Part shown: piece after piece, positions 1 to 12,856 of the stretch
Layout: every line of letters begins with the position of its first letter
Numbering within the stretch: position 1 is the stretch's first letter
From: Tubiluchus corallicola
Taxonomy: Eukaryota; Animalia; Priapulida
Direction: 5' to 3'
Length of the DNA: 64,000 nt
Assembly (NCBI GenBank): GCA_030141605.1
Contig: JAQGDQ010000033.1
Location: forward strand, 62,001-126,000
The notes under the pieces: generated by a model
Told to the model about the DNA's origin: nothing
Database searches by the model: none
The model's input: the letters and a program-made list of their open reading frames with translations, nothing else
Made by a program: the position numbers and the translations under genes

Positions 1-294
1 CCGTAGAGTGTGACAGAAATGTATCCGAATAAAATAAAATTAGCGGTTGCTAAAGTCAACTTAACTTTCCATATTAGAGTATCGTAACAGCAACTTTCAG
101 TCTTTAGTTTTATTTTTATTTACTTTTATATTTGCATACATTGTATTTTATACAATGACGTACTATTTATCACACTTTCGGAAAAATGCGCTTTTCCTGT
201 CTGCTTAAAATTTGAGATAAAGCTTGCTTTATTATAACGCAGACGTTTCATTTTCACTTCAACATAAAGCATTAACAACACAAAGCATTTAAAA

Positions 295-560
295 CTCGAG
301 TTGTAGAATCAGGCAGTGCGTCCTACCAGAAAAGATTAAAATTGAGAATCTAGAGTGCCATGGATAAATATAATATATTTGTGTTTTCCATATCTATGGA
401 AAATACAATTTCCAAATTTTAATTTAATTCTAAATTATGACACTAACATCTATTTTAAAGAAAATTCCTCTTTTTACTGAGGGGTAATGTTAACCTGGTT
501 TCCAATAGCTTTTTGAAATTACGTAATCGTCTACCTGCTTTGTATTCTACAATCTCTAGC
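295..560. mobile_element. Possible eroded MITE
   Basis: Degenerate inverted ends (CTCGAGTTGTAGAATCAGGCAG / CTGCTTTGTATTCTACAATCTCTAG) and an internal 13/14 palindrome near 379-408. Confidence 0.3.
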
Positions 561-1923
561 ATTAAATTTGTTATTAATTTTGAAATGTAAAAAAAGTATT
601 GTATGTTTCATAATTTTAAATTCCGAGTGTTAAATGAGTGCCTAGTATACTGGTAATTTTAATTATTTTGTTTTTGCTATTAATTGTTTCACACTGATAA
701 CCAATTGTCCTCAAATTTCGCTGTTATAAAGTAGTAAACCAATTTTACGTGGTCAAATTTCTGAGGTTAGTTGACAGCTGCGCCACAGAAATCTTGGTTG
801 TAGTGGTGCGTTGCGTACATTGTTTAGTTACGTAGAAATAAAATTTAACATTAACGTCAACTTGTACTACACATTACATGTAATAAATTTAAACTAAAGC
901 ACAGAAATTACAAATACTTTTATTATCGTGTTAACACAAAAACTTATCGTGTGTAGTGAATTGTCAAAACCAATTTTTAATGTAAATGAATTTGTTAATG
1001 GTGTAGTTGAAATTTAATTTAATCGAAAGGTGTACAGTAAAAACTGGCAAAATAACAATCTAGTTACGTTTAAATAACAAAAATAAGACTTAATTAACTG
1101 CCAGTAGTAAGTCTTGGTGTACAAACAGAAAAGTATATAATTTCCATTAGTGGACAGGGCTTAGTAGATTATTCATTCATCAGACTGAAAAATTATTCCT
1201 TATCTGCACTTCTCAAATTATTAAATTTATATGGTAGGCCTAAATTATTACTGTGGCTACATATTTTATCTATACATAAATTATAATATATTATACCGCA
1301 ATGAAACGAAGTTACACACAAACATAAATAGAGGTATAACAGTATTTACAGTAACTTGGACTAGAGAATCATGAGCTTTTTTTAAAATGTCTACTCTGAG
1401 TCGGGTAACTCGGATCACAAGCACGGAAATAAGAAGGTTTACAAAATAGTCATTTAAATAAATAATAATGTACGGACTAGACGTTTACTAAATAATAAAA
1501 TTTCAACAATTTTTCTTATGGCAATGTTTTCATATGCGTTCGATAATCTTATGTACAGACACAATTTCCTTTAAAAAACCCAAATTACGTTCACTGCACA
1601 AATGCTCTTTGAATCTGTTCATTATACCTAAACAATAAAAACTATTCATTTGAACTGCTTTGCCTACTTGATTCGTTAGCCGCCTATATTCCTAATTATA
1701 TGAATACACGCCACGACCTTATAGTAAATAATAAGTGACTTTAGCGCATTACAAATGTCTGAAGATGGCCCAACACGATGACACTGATAAGGCCTACATA
1801 CACAAAATTTCGAAAATTTATGGGTATATTATTTTGCGCCTTTTCCATTTTTATAATATCGCAACAAATTCAGGTATCTTTACACATTGCATGCTAAGAA
1901 CAATAACGTGAGTTATCCATTAT

Positions 1924-2125
1924 TTACGTCTGGTATTGCAATACGGGTCCAGAAAGGTTCGGATGGGTGGACACAGCAGAGTTCATTCGAAGTGCTGATA
2001 AACTTTTGTTGTACCAGTCATCCTCCATTCCTCCTCCCATCCCATCATTTCTTGCCATACCCATATTTGTGCTCGGCATGGAGAACTGTGCCATAGGTGG
2101 GTACGACGATGCCATCTGGGGATAC
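1924..2125 (-). CDS. PROP1: Prop-family homeobox last exon (RYPQMASSYPPMAQF...EDDWYNKSLSALRMN...LQYQT*)
   Basis: tcgtgtag acceptor in phase with exon 3; C-terminal WYNKSLSALRM motif as recalled for invertebrate Prop proteins; TAA stop. Confidence 0.88.
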
Positions 2126-2873
2126 CTACACGAAATGTAAGAACTGTCTTTCCATTAGAAACAGAACTTATTGATAATAAAAAGTGTGACGAATAGTTTT
2201 TTCCATCAGTTCTCGCTAGTTAGTATCAGAGTATCTGTAGCGCATTAGCTGTCATCCTCACTTTCCTAAAACAGCTACGCCCACATACGACTAATAGCTG
2301 ACTGTTTTCCTTATATAGGCCCAACCGCAGAATTTCAATACACTACGTCAACCTAAATTGCTAATCATAGTATAATTGTTATTATGTGGCTGACGCAGAC
2401 GCACTTAATTAATTGTTAACATTTTGTGAAAATGAACTTACGCAAACACCAATGTTAAATTTTATCTAGTATATAAATTAAAAGGATGCGCTGATTTACG
2501 CAATGGCAAATTGAGATTTCTTACTGATATCAATGTATGTATTATATAAAAATGCTAACCACTGATTGTATGAAAGTAATTACAATGACTGTGAAAATTG
2601 TTAATGCATGATACAATGTTTAGTCAGAACAATACTTTCTGCCTTTCTATTTTTCATGGTTAATGCTCACAAGCTTAAATTTTCTTGCTTTACTATTGTT
2701 AAACAACTTTAATATAGGTTTGGCCCATAGCTACTCCTAAACGGGAATCTTTTGTTCATCTGTGTGTTCTGAAAGAGCATGTGTAATGTGAAGATATATA
2801 GTGCTTGCATATAACTTTACTAGAGCTTACTCTGTAATCGTTACTCAGCACCATAAAGTCTCGAGGTAGTTAC

Positions 2874-3049
2874 CTGTTAACGGCTGAGTTGACAGCACTT
2901 GGGGCGGGGTATTGATAACCACGTGACGAAGGTGGAGGATACAGATTACGCATCATTGCTCCGTTACATGTTGGCATGACTGGGTTTAGCTGTTTTGCTA
3001 GCTGCTTTTCTTGTTTCCTGTACTTGGCTCGCCGGTTTTGAAACCAAAC
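2874..3049 (-). CDS. PROP1: Prop-family homeobox exon 3 (VWFQNRRAKYRKQEKQLAKQLNPVMPTCNGAMMRN...)
   Basis: ttctttcag acceptor; Q50 helix 3 completes the homeodomain in phase 0; GTAACT donor, phase 2. Confidence 0.93.
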
Positions 3050-4325
3050 CTGAAAGAAAATAAGAGATTAAAATAAACTGCTGTATTTTTTTCTTGATGT
3101 GCAACTATAAAAACATTGCAATGTTTAGACACTTCACATTTTTTGATTATAGTATCTAATGTTCAACGTTATTGCTAAGCATTGTCTGCAGAATTAATCA
3201 GCACATCAAGCTGTAGAAAGCACCTTAGTTTTAATTCCTTACAAAGGCAACTCTAATTAGAATGGCAGCCATCTTGAAAAAAATTGAACCTAATTTGAGA
3301 GCATGTGAAACACTGTAATGCAGCGTAATTTATTTACTAATAGTTGTATCCGAATTGGTTTAGGCGTGTTTTTGTTAGAGAAGCACAGAAAAACTTAGTA
3401 GTCATTTTGAAACTGACAACGAAGAAAGATTTTAAATTTCCCATATTTGTCGATTTCCGGCTTGAAAGTTCTACAGGAAATTTTATCTCAAATGACGTAA
3501 TTTTCGCAAAATAGAAAAAATGTAAAAGTTTTTTCGCGGTTATGCAACGACTTCTTTTAAATTGTTAGTGTTACGTGATTTCTGACACCATAATAAAACA
3601 ATTAATTTATCCTCAATATTTTTCTACCAACGTAAAGCCCTTGTTTTGAACGTTTCTTTAGATCAGATTAAAAATTATGCAAGGAAGTACGTTTCACACT
3701 GGTTTGAAAGTAATACAACTGAAAGAGGAGAAAAGAAAATGATTGCATTTAAAATTGCGCTTATGGATATGTGGCGTATATTAGATTTTTTGCAATAAAA
3801 TTTTGCATTTTGAGGTATACATTTATTTATCAAAAGGCACAATCACCAAACACTATAAATTGATGACGAAATTACAGGGAGGCCTGAATCACCCGTGTAT
3901 TCAAATTTAGCTGACATTTATTATCAATTTTAAAGATTTCACAACGCTTGTTTAAATGAGTTATAAACTGTTAATTCATTTATTTAAAACGTAATAGGCA
4001 AAAGAAGCACGGAAGATTATAACCCTTTTATAATTATAGATTGTGGTCTTCGACTTCCTTTTGACCCTAGACATTTCAGCACAGTATCAAGCTTGAGTAG
4101 CATTTCATCATGGCTATATAGCCAAACAAATCTAATTTTGTAATCTATCAGTTTTCTAGCAGTAATGAAATTATATCTACCATATTCGCATCTTCCGCCT
4201 CTGATAGTTTTATGGCTTCTCTAATGCAGTTAATGCGATACAGCTTTATGGTGTGAGTACTTTATATATATCTACACACCACCGTTGGCTTACCCACAGG
4301 CTCTCTACAGCTCTATTTCTCTCGT

Positions 4326-4351
4326 TCTCTCTCTCTCTCTCTCTCTCTCTC
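4326..4351. repeat. (CT)n microsatellite
   Basis: Read directly from the sequence. Confidence 0.95.
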
Positions 4352-7300
4352 CCTTTTCTTTCCTTCTCCCTCCTACTTTAATTCCTACTGCATTGGTTTT
4401 TATTGTATGGCTACATGGCGCCACTGCAATTTATCTAAGCAATTAAAAGTTGTTTACAAAATCTCAAGTAGAATTTTTTTAAGTATACTTACGACGCTAG
4501 AAGTATTATTACATATCTCGACATTAAATACTTCGAGTTGTCAATAGAAAGAGCGCATTCAGCCTTTGTACTAGAGTTACTAATATTGAGAATGGTATTT
4601 GTAAACATTTAAAGGAAGACATGATGGTTCTTAACATACTACCCTATTTTCAAGTCCGATAAAAAGTATATATTTTAATACAATTAAAACTGCAAAAGCG
4701 TTTCTGATAATTAAATAATATATTAAAAACTTAATTAGTGGCGGGCGGGAAGCCCAACTATTGATGACATCACAAACTAACATAATTTTCAAAAGCAAAA
4801 ATATTCCACGAGCATGTTGCACGTGTTTGCAAAAGCGAGAATTGAAGTACAGTGCTACTGTAAGATACTTAGTGTGTTGTGCTAAAACTAGACAAGTTTC
4901 AAGATAAAAATTCAAATTTCAAATTTATTCGTGTGCTCATGCATGAGCTGTCGAACGTGTGTAGTTCGTCGCAAATTAACACATCTGAACTGAGAGGTAT
5001 AGAACCTGTTTTTGTGCAATGAGTTTCCGAAATGCAGGCGCTAATGCCCGTCTAACTAGCGAATGGCGAAATGCATGTAACAGCGAAAAGTCAGTGGCGC
5101 GAACGTGAAATTGTGTTTGTGCGGCAATAATTATTTCACGTAAGTCATTTTTGAAAAAATAGTCTGTTTCTTTTCAATATTTTAAAGAGTAGATTGTTTT
5201 GACCTACAGTTTAAGATTGGGTCCGGTTTTGCTTTAAGTGAAGGTAATGCCCTCTTTACTTTTTCTATTAGAAAAAAATGGGGAGAACTTCTTTACTGCA
5301 TTCGGTAATGCCTATGTAAATAATTCATTATAATTGCAAATATCTATCATCTCTGTGTAAATTTTATTCTGAATATATTTTTGTATGTATGAATCTAGAG
5401 TTTACAATAAAGAATTTTAATTTTTAAAAATGATGATTTAAAAATCAAATCAAATCTCCTCTCCTCCAGTGTAATTTTTTCTTTATTCCATGTTACTTTC
5501 GCAACATTTTTGCAGCATTATGCAGTGCTTTTGAGCTGTACATTTGCTATGGTGAATTTATCAAAAAACAATCATCAATGTTATATAATTATAGTATAGC
5601 TTAATGAGTTTTTTAAATTTTAGCAGCAAAATCGTGCTCGCATTTTTCGTGAATGGCAAAATTGGGGCCTGTGTGTCTCAAACAATTTAAAAGTTGTGTT
5701 TATGGTATTTTATTCATTAAACAATCATTCTCTCATTATCAAATAAACATTTTAATTTCCCCATCCCACCGGCCTTTACTGTTTATAATTGATTACATTC
5801 ATTGCTGTTCGCTTGCAAGAACATCCCAGATGTATTGCTCTTATAATTATAATAATAAAGTGCTGTAATTACACAGACTGAATATAATAATTTTCGTCCC
5901 GAAGATGCTCAGAGACGAAGGGCATCATGGTGAGGTTGGTATATAAATGAATAAGTGCGTATTTCAGTTTTGATTCCTCAAGGGTACTAGCAAGCAATTA
6001 GTGCCAGGATTTGTTTGCGTTGAGGTCTTCTTAACCAGCTTTTATGCTAGCTCCCAGGACGGTTTAGTAACGTCAGTCATCCAACTCCATTTAGCATTAT
6101 GTTACGAGTCTATGTGTAGCCGTCATGCAGGCTGTTAGTCCATCTATGCTAAATTCATTTAAACTCATGTAGTTGAATGAAACCTATGGCCTGTCAGGCA
6201 AATCAGAATATCCATAGAGATGATATATCGTAGGTTTAGCCGCAGATTTGGTTTTAAAGTACCACAGCATAACAAAATTCTTTCAAAACAATTTCTTATA
6301 ATATTTCAATAATATATCGTTAAATTTATTTTAAATTAATACTCGTTAATTATGCATTCATCAGTTTAACTATTGAACAGTACACCGCATACGCGTTGAG
6401 AGTTCCCTATAAGTTTAATTGTAGAGCCACAAAAAATAATTCTAGGGGCTTAATGTAGGTTAGTGTAACACTAAATTGAGTTTAAGATTCATGTATCAAA
6501 ATTCAGCAACAACAATATTGCCAACGTCAACGGCAACGGCAACGACAATGATAACGACAATGTAACATTTTGCAACACTGCAGTAAAACTTATAAGTGGC
6601 CATGCATGAAGTTCAATTAAAACTTGTACCTACATGTGCTGACTAAAACCGAATCTTAATTTAGTTTAGTTTAAACATACGTTATTTGGTTCAGATTAGA
6701 CAGTTTTTAAAACTGATACATGAATTCTCACCGCACCAGTGTATAAACAGGCAGACGTGCTTATAAGATAAAGTAATATAAATACAAACAAACACACATA
6801 CATACAAATATATACAAACAAAGCCGTATACATACAAAGTTAGCAGACGTGACACAATGAATAATATAACAATTGAATAATAACAATAACTGTCTTAGAA
6901 TTTACCGTCAATACACATAAAGGAACCTAAGGTCTGAGTACGTTAAAAAGTTTAATTCTCCTAATGTAATTTTGAACACAATAAAAAAAATTACAGTTAA
7001 CATAAACATTAAAAGCATATACACTAATATACAATGACAGCAGTTCGCCATTGTTATATTGCAAACTATTAATATTTAAAGGCAATACTGTCACAATTAT
7101 AATATTCGTATTCTATCAAATGGGTCAAATTTGTTAGTGGATGAGTTTTCAAGCTATAAATAGTTTGAATTAAGTTAATTATGAATTTAACACAATCTCG
7201 AATTTAATGTTATAATTTGTCTAATTAGTTTCAGTCATTATTGTGCACTTATTGAATAATAATCGTGCACCTAGCTTATATGTTCTTTTCCGCTTTCTAG

Positions 7301-7706
7301 TTACATAAGCTTAGCAATACTAAGTATTATAATTTTGTTTAGAAAGCTAATTATTATTTTGTTTTTGAACACGAAATTCCTTTTTCTTCCCATTTAAGCT
7401 TAAATTCTGTCCCTCCCGCAACAGTTTTTCTGCAAAACTTGTTTTCTCATATTTAAGTCCCTTATTGCGTATTGCCTGCTAACAGGGCAATTACTTCACA
7501 AGAACATTTCTCTGCCAAATTATTTTCCCAATTATCGCCTGAAAATAGTTCATTATAAGAAAAGTCAGAACGCATCTGTTATCACTCGCTTGTTGTACGC
7601 ATGCGCAACAATGAAATGAAGGCCTTCTTAAGCCAAAACATCGCTCGGACTGGTAAATTCCTGTCCGTTTGTAATTGGAGTTATTAATCTGATTTGCTGA
7701 AAAAAT

Positions 7707-7720
7707 TAATAATAATAATG

Positions 7721-7783
<63 letters not shown>

Positions 7784-7899
7784 CGGCTGCTCAGAAAAAA
7801 ATTGCTGGTTCGAACTCACACGATCCGCAGTTACTAAGTGTAAGCAGCTCAGATTTTGTATCTTTGTAAATAAATAAATAAATAAATAATAATAATAAC

Positions 7900-7992
<93 letters not shown>
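7707..7992. repeat. Two (AAT)n tracts plus (AAAT)n flanking an ~85-bp spacer
   Basis: Read directly; source of the poly-L/Y/I ORFs. Confidence 0.97.
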
Positions 7993-7993
<1 letters not shown>

Positions 7994-10900
7994 GTTAACA
8001 TATAGGACGAATTGCAATTACTATGCATTATCAAGTCGTTTTATACTCATTGTATAAAAAATAAACAATCTGAGGTTACATATTGGGAAATGTCATTATG
8101 CGTCCTAAAAATGAAGTCTAGAAATTGTAACATTTGAATGACCGTGTTTACTATTAAGACTTAAGTTATTTCGTAAGAGCTAATCGGTGTTGTTTTTAAA
8201 AGACATCACTAGCCTAGGCATAACCTTCATAACCGATCTTTTTAAGACAAAGAACCGATGCGCAACTTTGTTTATTAAATTCGAACGCCACGCATGAAAA
8301 CAGAGAGTGATGTTTTACAGTTGATGGCACTATAAAGCTGTGATAGTTAAACCATCTAGGTAATCCAGACGAACAACAAAACCTTTAACCCAAGATATAT
8401 CTGCAATGTGGTCTACACTTTATAATATCGACTATAGTATGTAACAGCTACTCATATAACTCTTGATGGAAGATGGAACGCTTAAGACGACAGATCCCAA
8501 TGGATGCACGAGCTTGGTGGTGGCATAGTCGGGACATTCATAATGGCATATTTGCAAATGAATCAATTTCCTATAAGCCGTACACAGTTGATGCATTTTA
8601 GATCAAACCATAGCGAGAAGAGCCGAGATGCTGAGCGATAATGAAAAGTGACAGTTAGTCTAATAAGTGCATCGAAGCGCCGCGAGACGGTTGCACACTG
8701 CTAAAAGCTCATCAACAAGCAAGCTTTTACGATACTAAACTTTTCGTACAAGGAGTTTATGCAAAACTCGGAATGTGTACATATATACAAAAAGTGATGT
8801 GACAATTTGCAATAACTTACGCTTAATGCCTTATGTGCATTATATCCATCATACGTAATAAATATTTTAATTTCAAGATTGTAAGTTAACCGCTTACATG
8901 ATCCTACACATAGAAAATAATTCTACAGCTAACGATTTTATTTTCTAAATCAAACTTGGTTAAAAACTGAAAAAAATTAAACTAATGTTGAGTTTCAATG
9001 AGACCTTTTAATTACAAATAGCCTAAACAACATGCTAGAATGTCTTAATTTTGTCTTAATATCTCAGTAGTACATCCCATAGTTCCACACTTTTAAGTGA
9101 TTTATTAAATCCTGGTTCAAGTCCTGGTTCACTTCTAATTCCAGTCCTTTCAACTTTCTTTTCTTTCAACAAATTTGGTTTCCAGTATTAAAAAAATAAC
9201 TGTGTACTCGCATGATTATAGTAATCGTCATTTCTGCAACTGAGATTACGCGCAATCAATTTAATTAATTACAAACCGATTATTCCAGGTTACAAATTTA
9301 CAAAGTTAATTTCGTTAGCGAATACTCCAGAGCAAGTAAACTAATGCTTGAAAACGCTAGATGACTTCTTATGCTTTTGGTATAGAATTAGTACGTACCT
9401 TGATTGCAATAGACCATGTGGTCTGATAATAAAGATCTTGGGTTTATAAATGAAAGGCCTTAACTGAAATCCACTCAAAAATTTAAACTGTTTACGATTT
9501 TAAAAACATGTTTGGGTTTATCAATTTTGCATATTGTAGTCATAACAAGCCGTTCATGGTTATCTCTGTTATTGATTTTGTCTAATTAATGAATATTTTT
9601 CTGCATTATTATCCTTGCAAATAAGTTAAAACTTAAAATTTTATCTCTTTTTCTAAATAGAAACTTACATATGTCTGAAATATGTGCATCGCGCGTAAAC
9701 ATTTTTTGTAAATAGACCGTGCCTACCGATAATGGCGGAGCACGCGTCATGTTTTGTGTTTGTCACAAAATAATGTGGTAATAATATCATGTCCTGTTGG
9801 CAGATTTCACCACCTCTAACAGACGATTAGCACTACAAATTGCTAGTAGTTATTATTTCCACTAGACTGCCTCTAATTGTTTTTCACAAAGACGCACTGA
9901 CGAGCCGAGAGACTGGACTTGAACAAATCTGTGGGAAATCACATCAATTATTCATAGAGAGATTAGTGCAAGTTCGGATCGAATTCCCAGACAAGGGAAT
10001 AAGTTGGTTTTAATGCGCTTCGGCTGTTCGATTTTAAGAAGCTTCGAGAATGTAGATTTAAACTTAGATAGATATTAATATATTACATAGTGGCAATGCG
10101 GGAAAAGATCCGCAACGAATGGCAATTTTTGAAGAAAGACGCAGGTACACACTAAAAAGTCCTAACATCAGAAAACCATATAAACTTTGCAGCGTCAGTA
10201 AATTACCAGTATTACAAAAAATGTGTTTTATACAGACACTGCGATATTTTTGCCCACATGAACTTTGGTCTTGCTTTTTACACTTTTGTCTTTTTGATTT
10301 GCGCGCCTTAAATTTTACTGATATAGTTTTTTTATTTTGCATCAATTTTCATTTGTGGTTAAAATGTATTTTGCAAAGCACATAGAGTTCAGTATTTCAC
10401 AAATTTATTTACTATAACTTAATGAAATGTCACCCTCAGTTTCAGCTTACAGGTTCTAATGATTTTAGCGCATCTAAATGAATTAGTTCAGCAAAAGCCC
10501 AATCATTTTCTGCTGTTGTAATAAGGGTCATCCAATCTAAACGTAAAGAGAAATGCGAATATTCGTGAATGGAAAACGTATGTTATTCTGTATAGTTATT
10601 CTGCAATTAGACTGGATATCGATATTTTTCATAAAAAAGTAACATAACGGAGATTGACTTTCTCTTCCTTGATCTTCGTATTTTATGCCACACACAGCAA
10701 TTTTGTACTGTTATAATATTCGCCGTGTTTTTGTCGTCGTGCACACGACTGCTCAAAACTTGGCTTCTTTGTTGCAGCATAAAAACCCCAGGACGGCTTG
10801 CCAGCGGAATTTCAAGTCTCATCTAGTGGGAGAGGGAGTCCGCCAGAATTCAAATGATGCGGTGCAGAGTCGCCGAAACGATTGTACATTTTCATTAATT

Positions 10901-12569
10901 TACAACCTGCTGCGGCAAAAGCGCTAATTGAAAGCGACGGCGGTATTTTTATCGTAAAGAAAGACGCGATGCTCTGGGACGTCTTCAATTTCCATTTATA
11001 TTCAAACGCAAATACGCATGTAGAAAACGTTAGCACCGCAGAGTCGTCGGTACTGCTGCTTATCGATAACCCAGTGTGCTGCCATTTGTCCAAAATATAT
11101 ATGAATTTATTCCATAAACATTCATGTATGCATTTTGGAGATATGAGTGACTGACAAACAGTACAAACAGCGATGTTGCCGTGTCTAAAATATATAAATA
11201 GAAAACGGCGAAAACAATGCAATTGGGCCTAACTTAGCCGCCTAAAGTTGCACTTTATTTAACTTCATATAAAGAAACAAAATTCAACAACTATAAGTAT
11301 AACGTGCTTATAAAATTTGCGATATTTTGTAACAAACGTTTGTGCGAAACAGTAAACGTACAACAAAACTTTGCTTCGAAGTTCTCTGCTTGTGCGATTT
11401 ATGTACGAATTTGACTTCGAGTGAACCCAATAGAAACAAGTGCCATATAACATTATGTCACAAGGGTTAGTTTCAGTCAAATGCACTTTTGTGGGTATTT
11501 TATGCAGACCAAAAATATTAATTACATACTTTATTGGCATTAGATAAGACTGGTCTGTCGACCTAGATCTTGCGAATAAGCTGTGATTCCTAGATGTTTG
11601 ATTTAAACCTGAAAGCTGTATTCTTTGTAAGCATTGCGCAGCTTACGCGAGCGTAAGACAAAAGTGTTTCTGGGTATTAAGGCGTTAAATATTGCTCTCT
11701 GTACAAGCAATAAAAATGTCTTTCCATGTTGCATCAACGGACAAGGACGGCATGGCACGCTTCAGCGACAATGTCATTGTGATTTAGCTCAGATAACGTC
11801 AAACAATGGGCTTCCCACAATGTTGCTGGCTCTAATGCATGTACACACATTCTCGCTGCAGGTAAACATAAATAAGCGCACATCTATCGTCCATTATAGC
11901 TTGGTGAGCAAAATTGCTGACTATAAAGGCAAGCAGTGCGGAAACGCCACAAGCTATTCGCGCTGACGATAGCGTTCAACGCCTGACGCTAATTGGCGAC
12001 GACGCTTGGCAATATCCAACACGAAAAGATAGTGCAGCTTCGCGGCTTTCTCGTCAGCTTTTGTACGCGCATACACGCGGTATTAACTCATTGCTACACG
12101 GAGCGCAAATGGGCATTATTCTTATGGCTTCGGCCGCTCTTGGTTTGTGCAATTATAGTCCTAGTATTCACGATCTGAAAATTTGAAACCCAAATTACTA
12201 GACAATTTTTTGCATTGCGGGTTCATTTATACGTTTGTAACTGTTTGTTATTAATGATGGGGGGGGGGAGGTTGCAGAATGTGTGCTGTGTAGTTAGCGA
12301 CTTAGCTAAGATTTAGTACAAGATTAGCATAACTGGTTCTGGTTGGTCTAAGATGTGTGTCGGTAGTCGATTCTTTCTTGAGGATTTCTGTCCAGAGTTT
12401 TTTTTAGATAAAAATACACTAAGAAAGGAAGTCTTTTAAACCCGTTCGTCAAGTGGGAACAACCCTTAAAGGTCAATAAATTTAAGGCATTCCTACACGT
12501 CTAGAGAAAGCTTCTTAGAACTATACGCAATCCAGTCTAATCAGAATGAGAGATATAGTGTGACTGCCT

Positions 12570-12856
12570 TTGCATTTTCATTTCATTTCATTTCATTTTA
12601 TTTTGTTTTGCTTTGTTTTGGTTTGCCTTGTTTTGTTTTGTTTTGTTTTGTTTTGTTTTGTTTTGTTCTGGTTTATTTTGTTTTTTTCTGTTTGGTTTAG
12701 TTTTATGTTATGACATGTTATGTCATTTTATGTTGCCATATGTAATGTTACGTTACGTTACGTAATGTTATTTGTGAAAGGTTATATCACATTGCAATAC
12801 GTTACGTTACGTTATCCTTTCTTATCGTATCTTATTTTATCTCTTTATTTTATTTA
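12570..12856. repeat. Compound pentanucleotide repeat (TTTCA>TTTTG>TTATG>TTACG>TTATC>TTTTA)
   Basis: 5-bp period largely kept while the motif changes. Confidence 0.9.

Noticed and set aside
7491-8034. Poly-Leu/Tyr/Ile ORFs
   Set aside because: Translations of (AAT)n microsatellites
10064-12186. Stack of overlapping 60-136 aa ORFs on both strands
   Set aside because: Expected in locally GC-richer DNA; no motifs and no phase-consistent exon chain found
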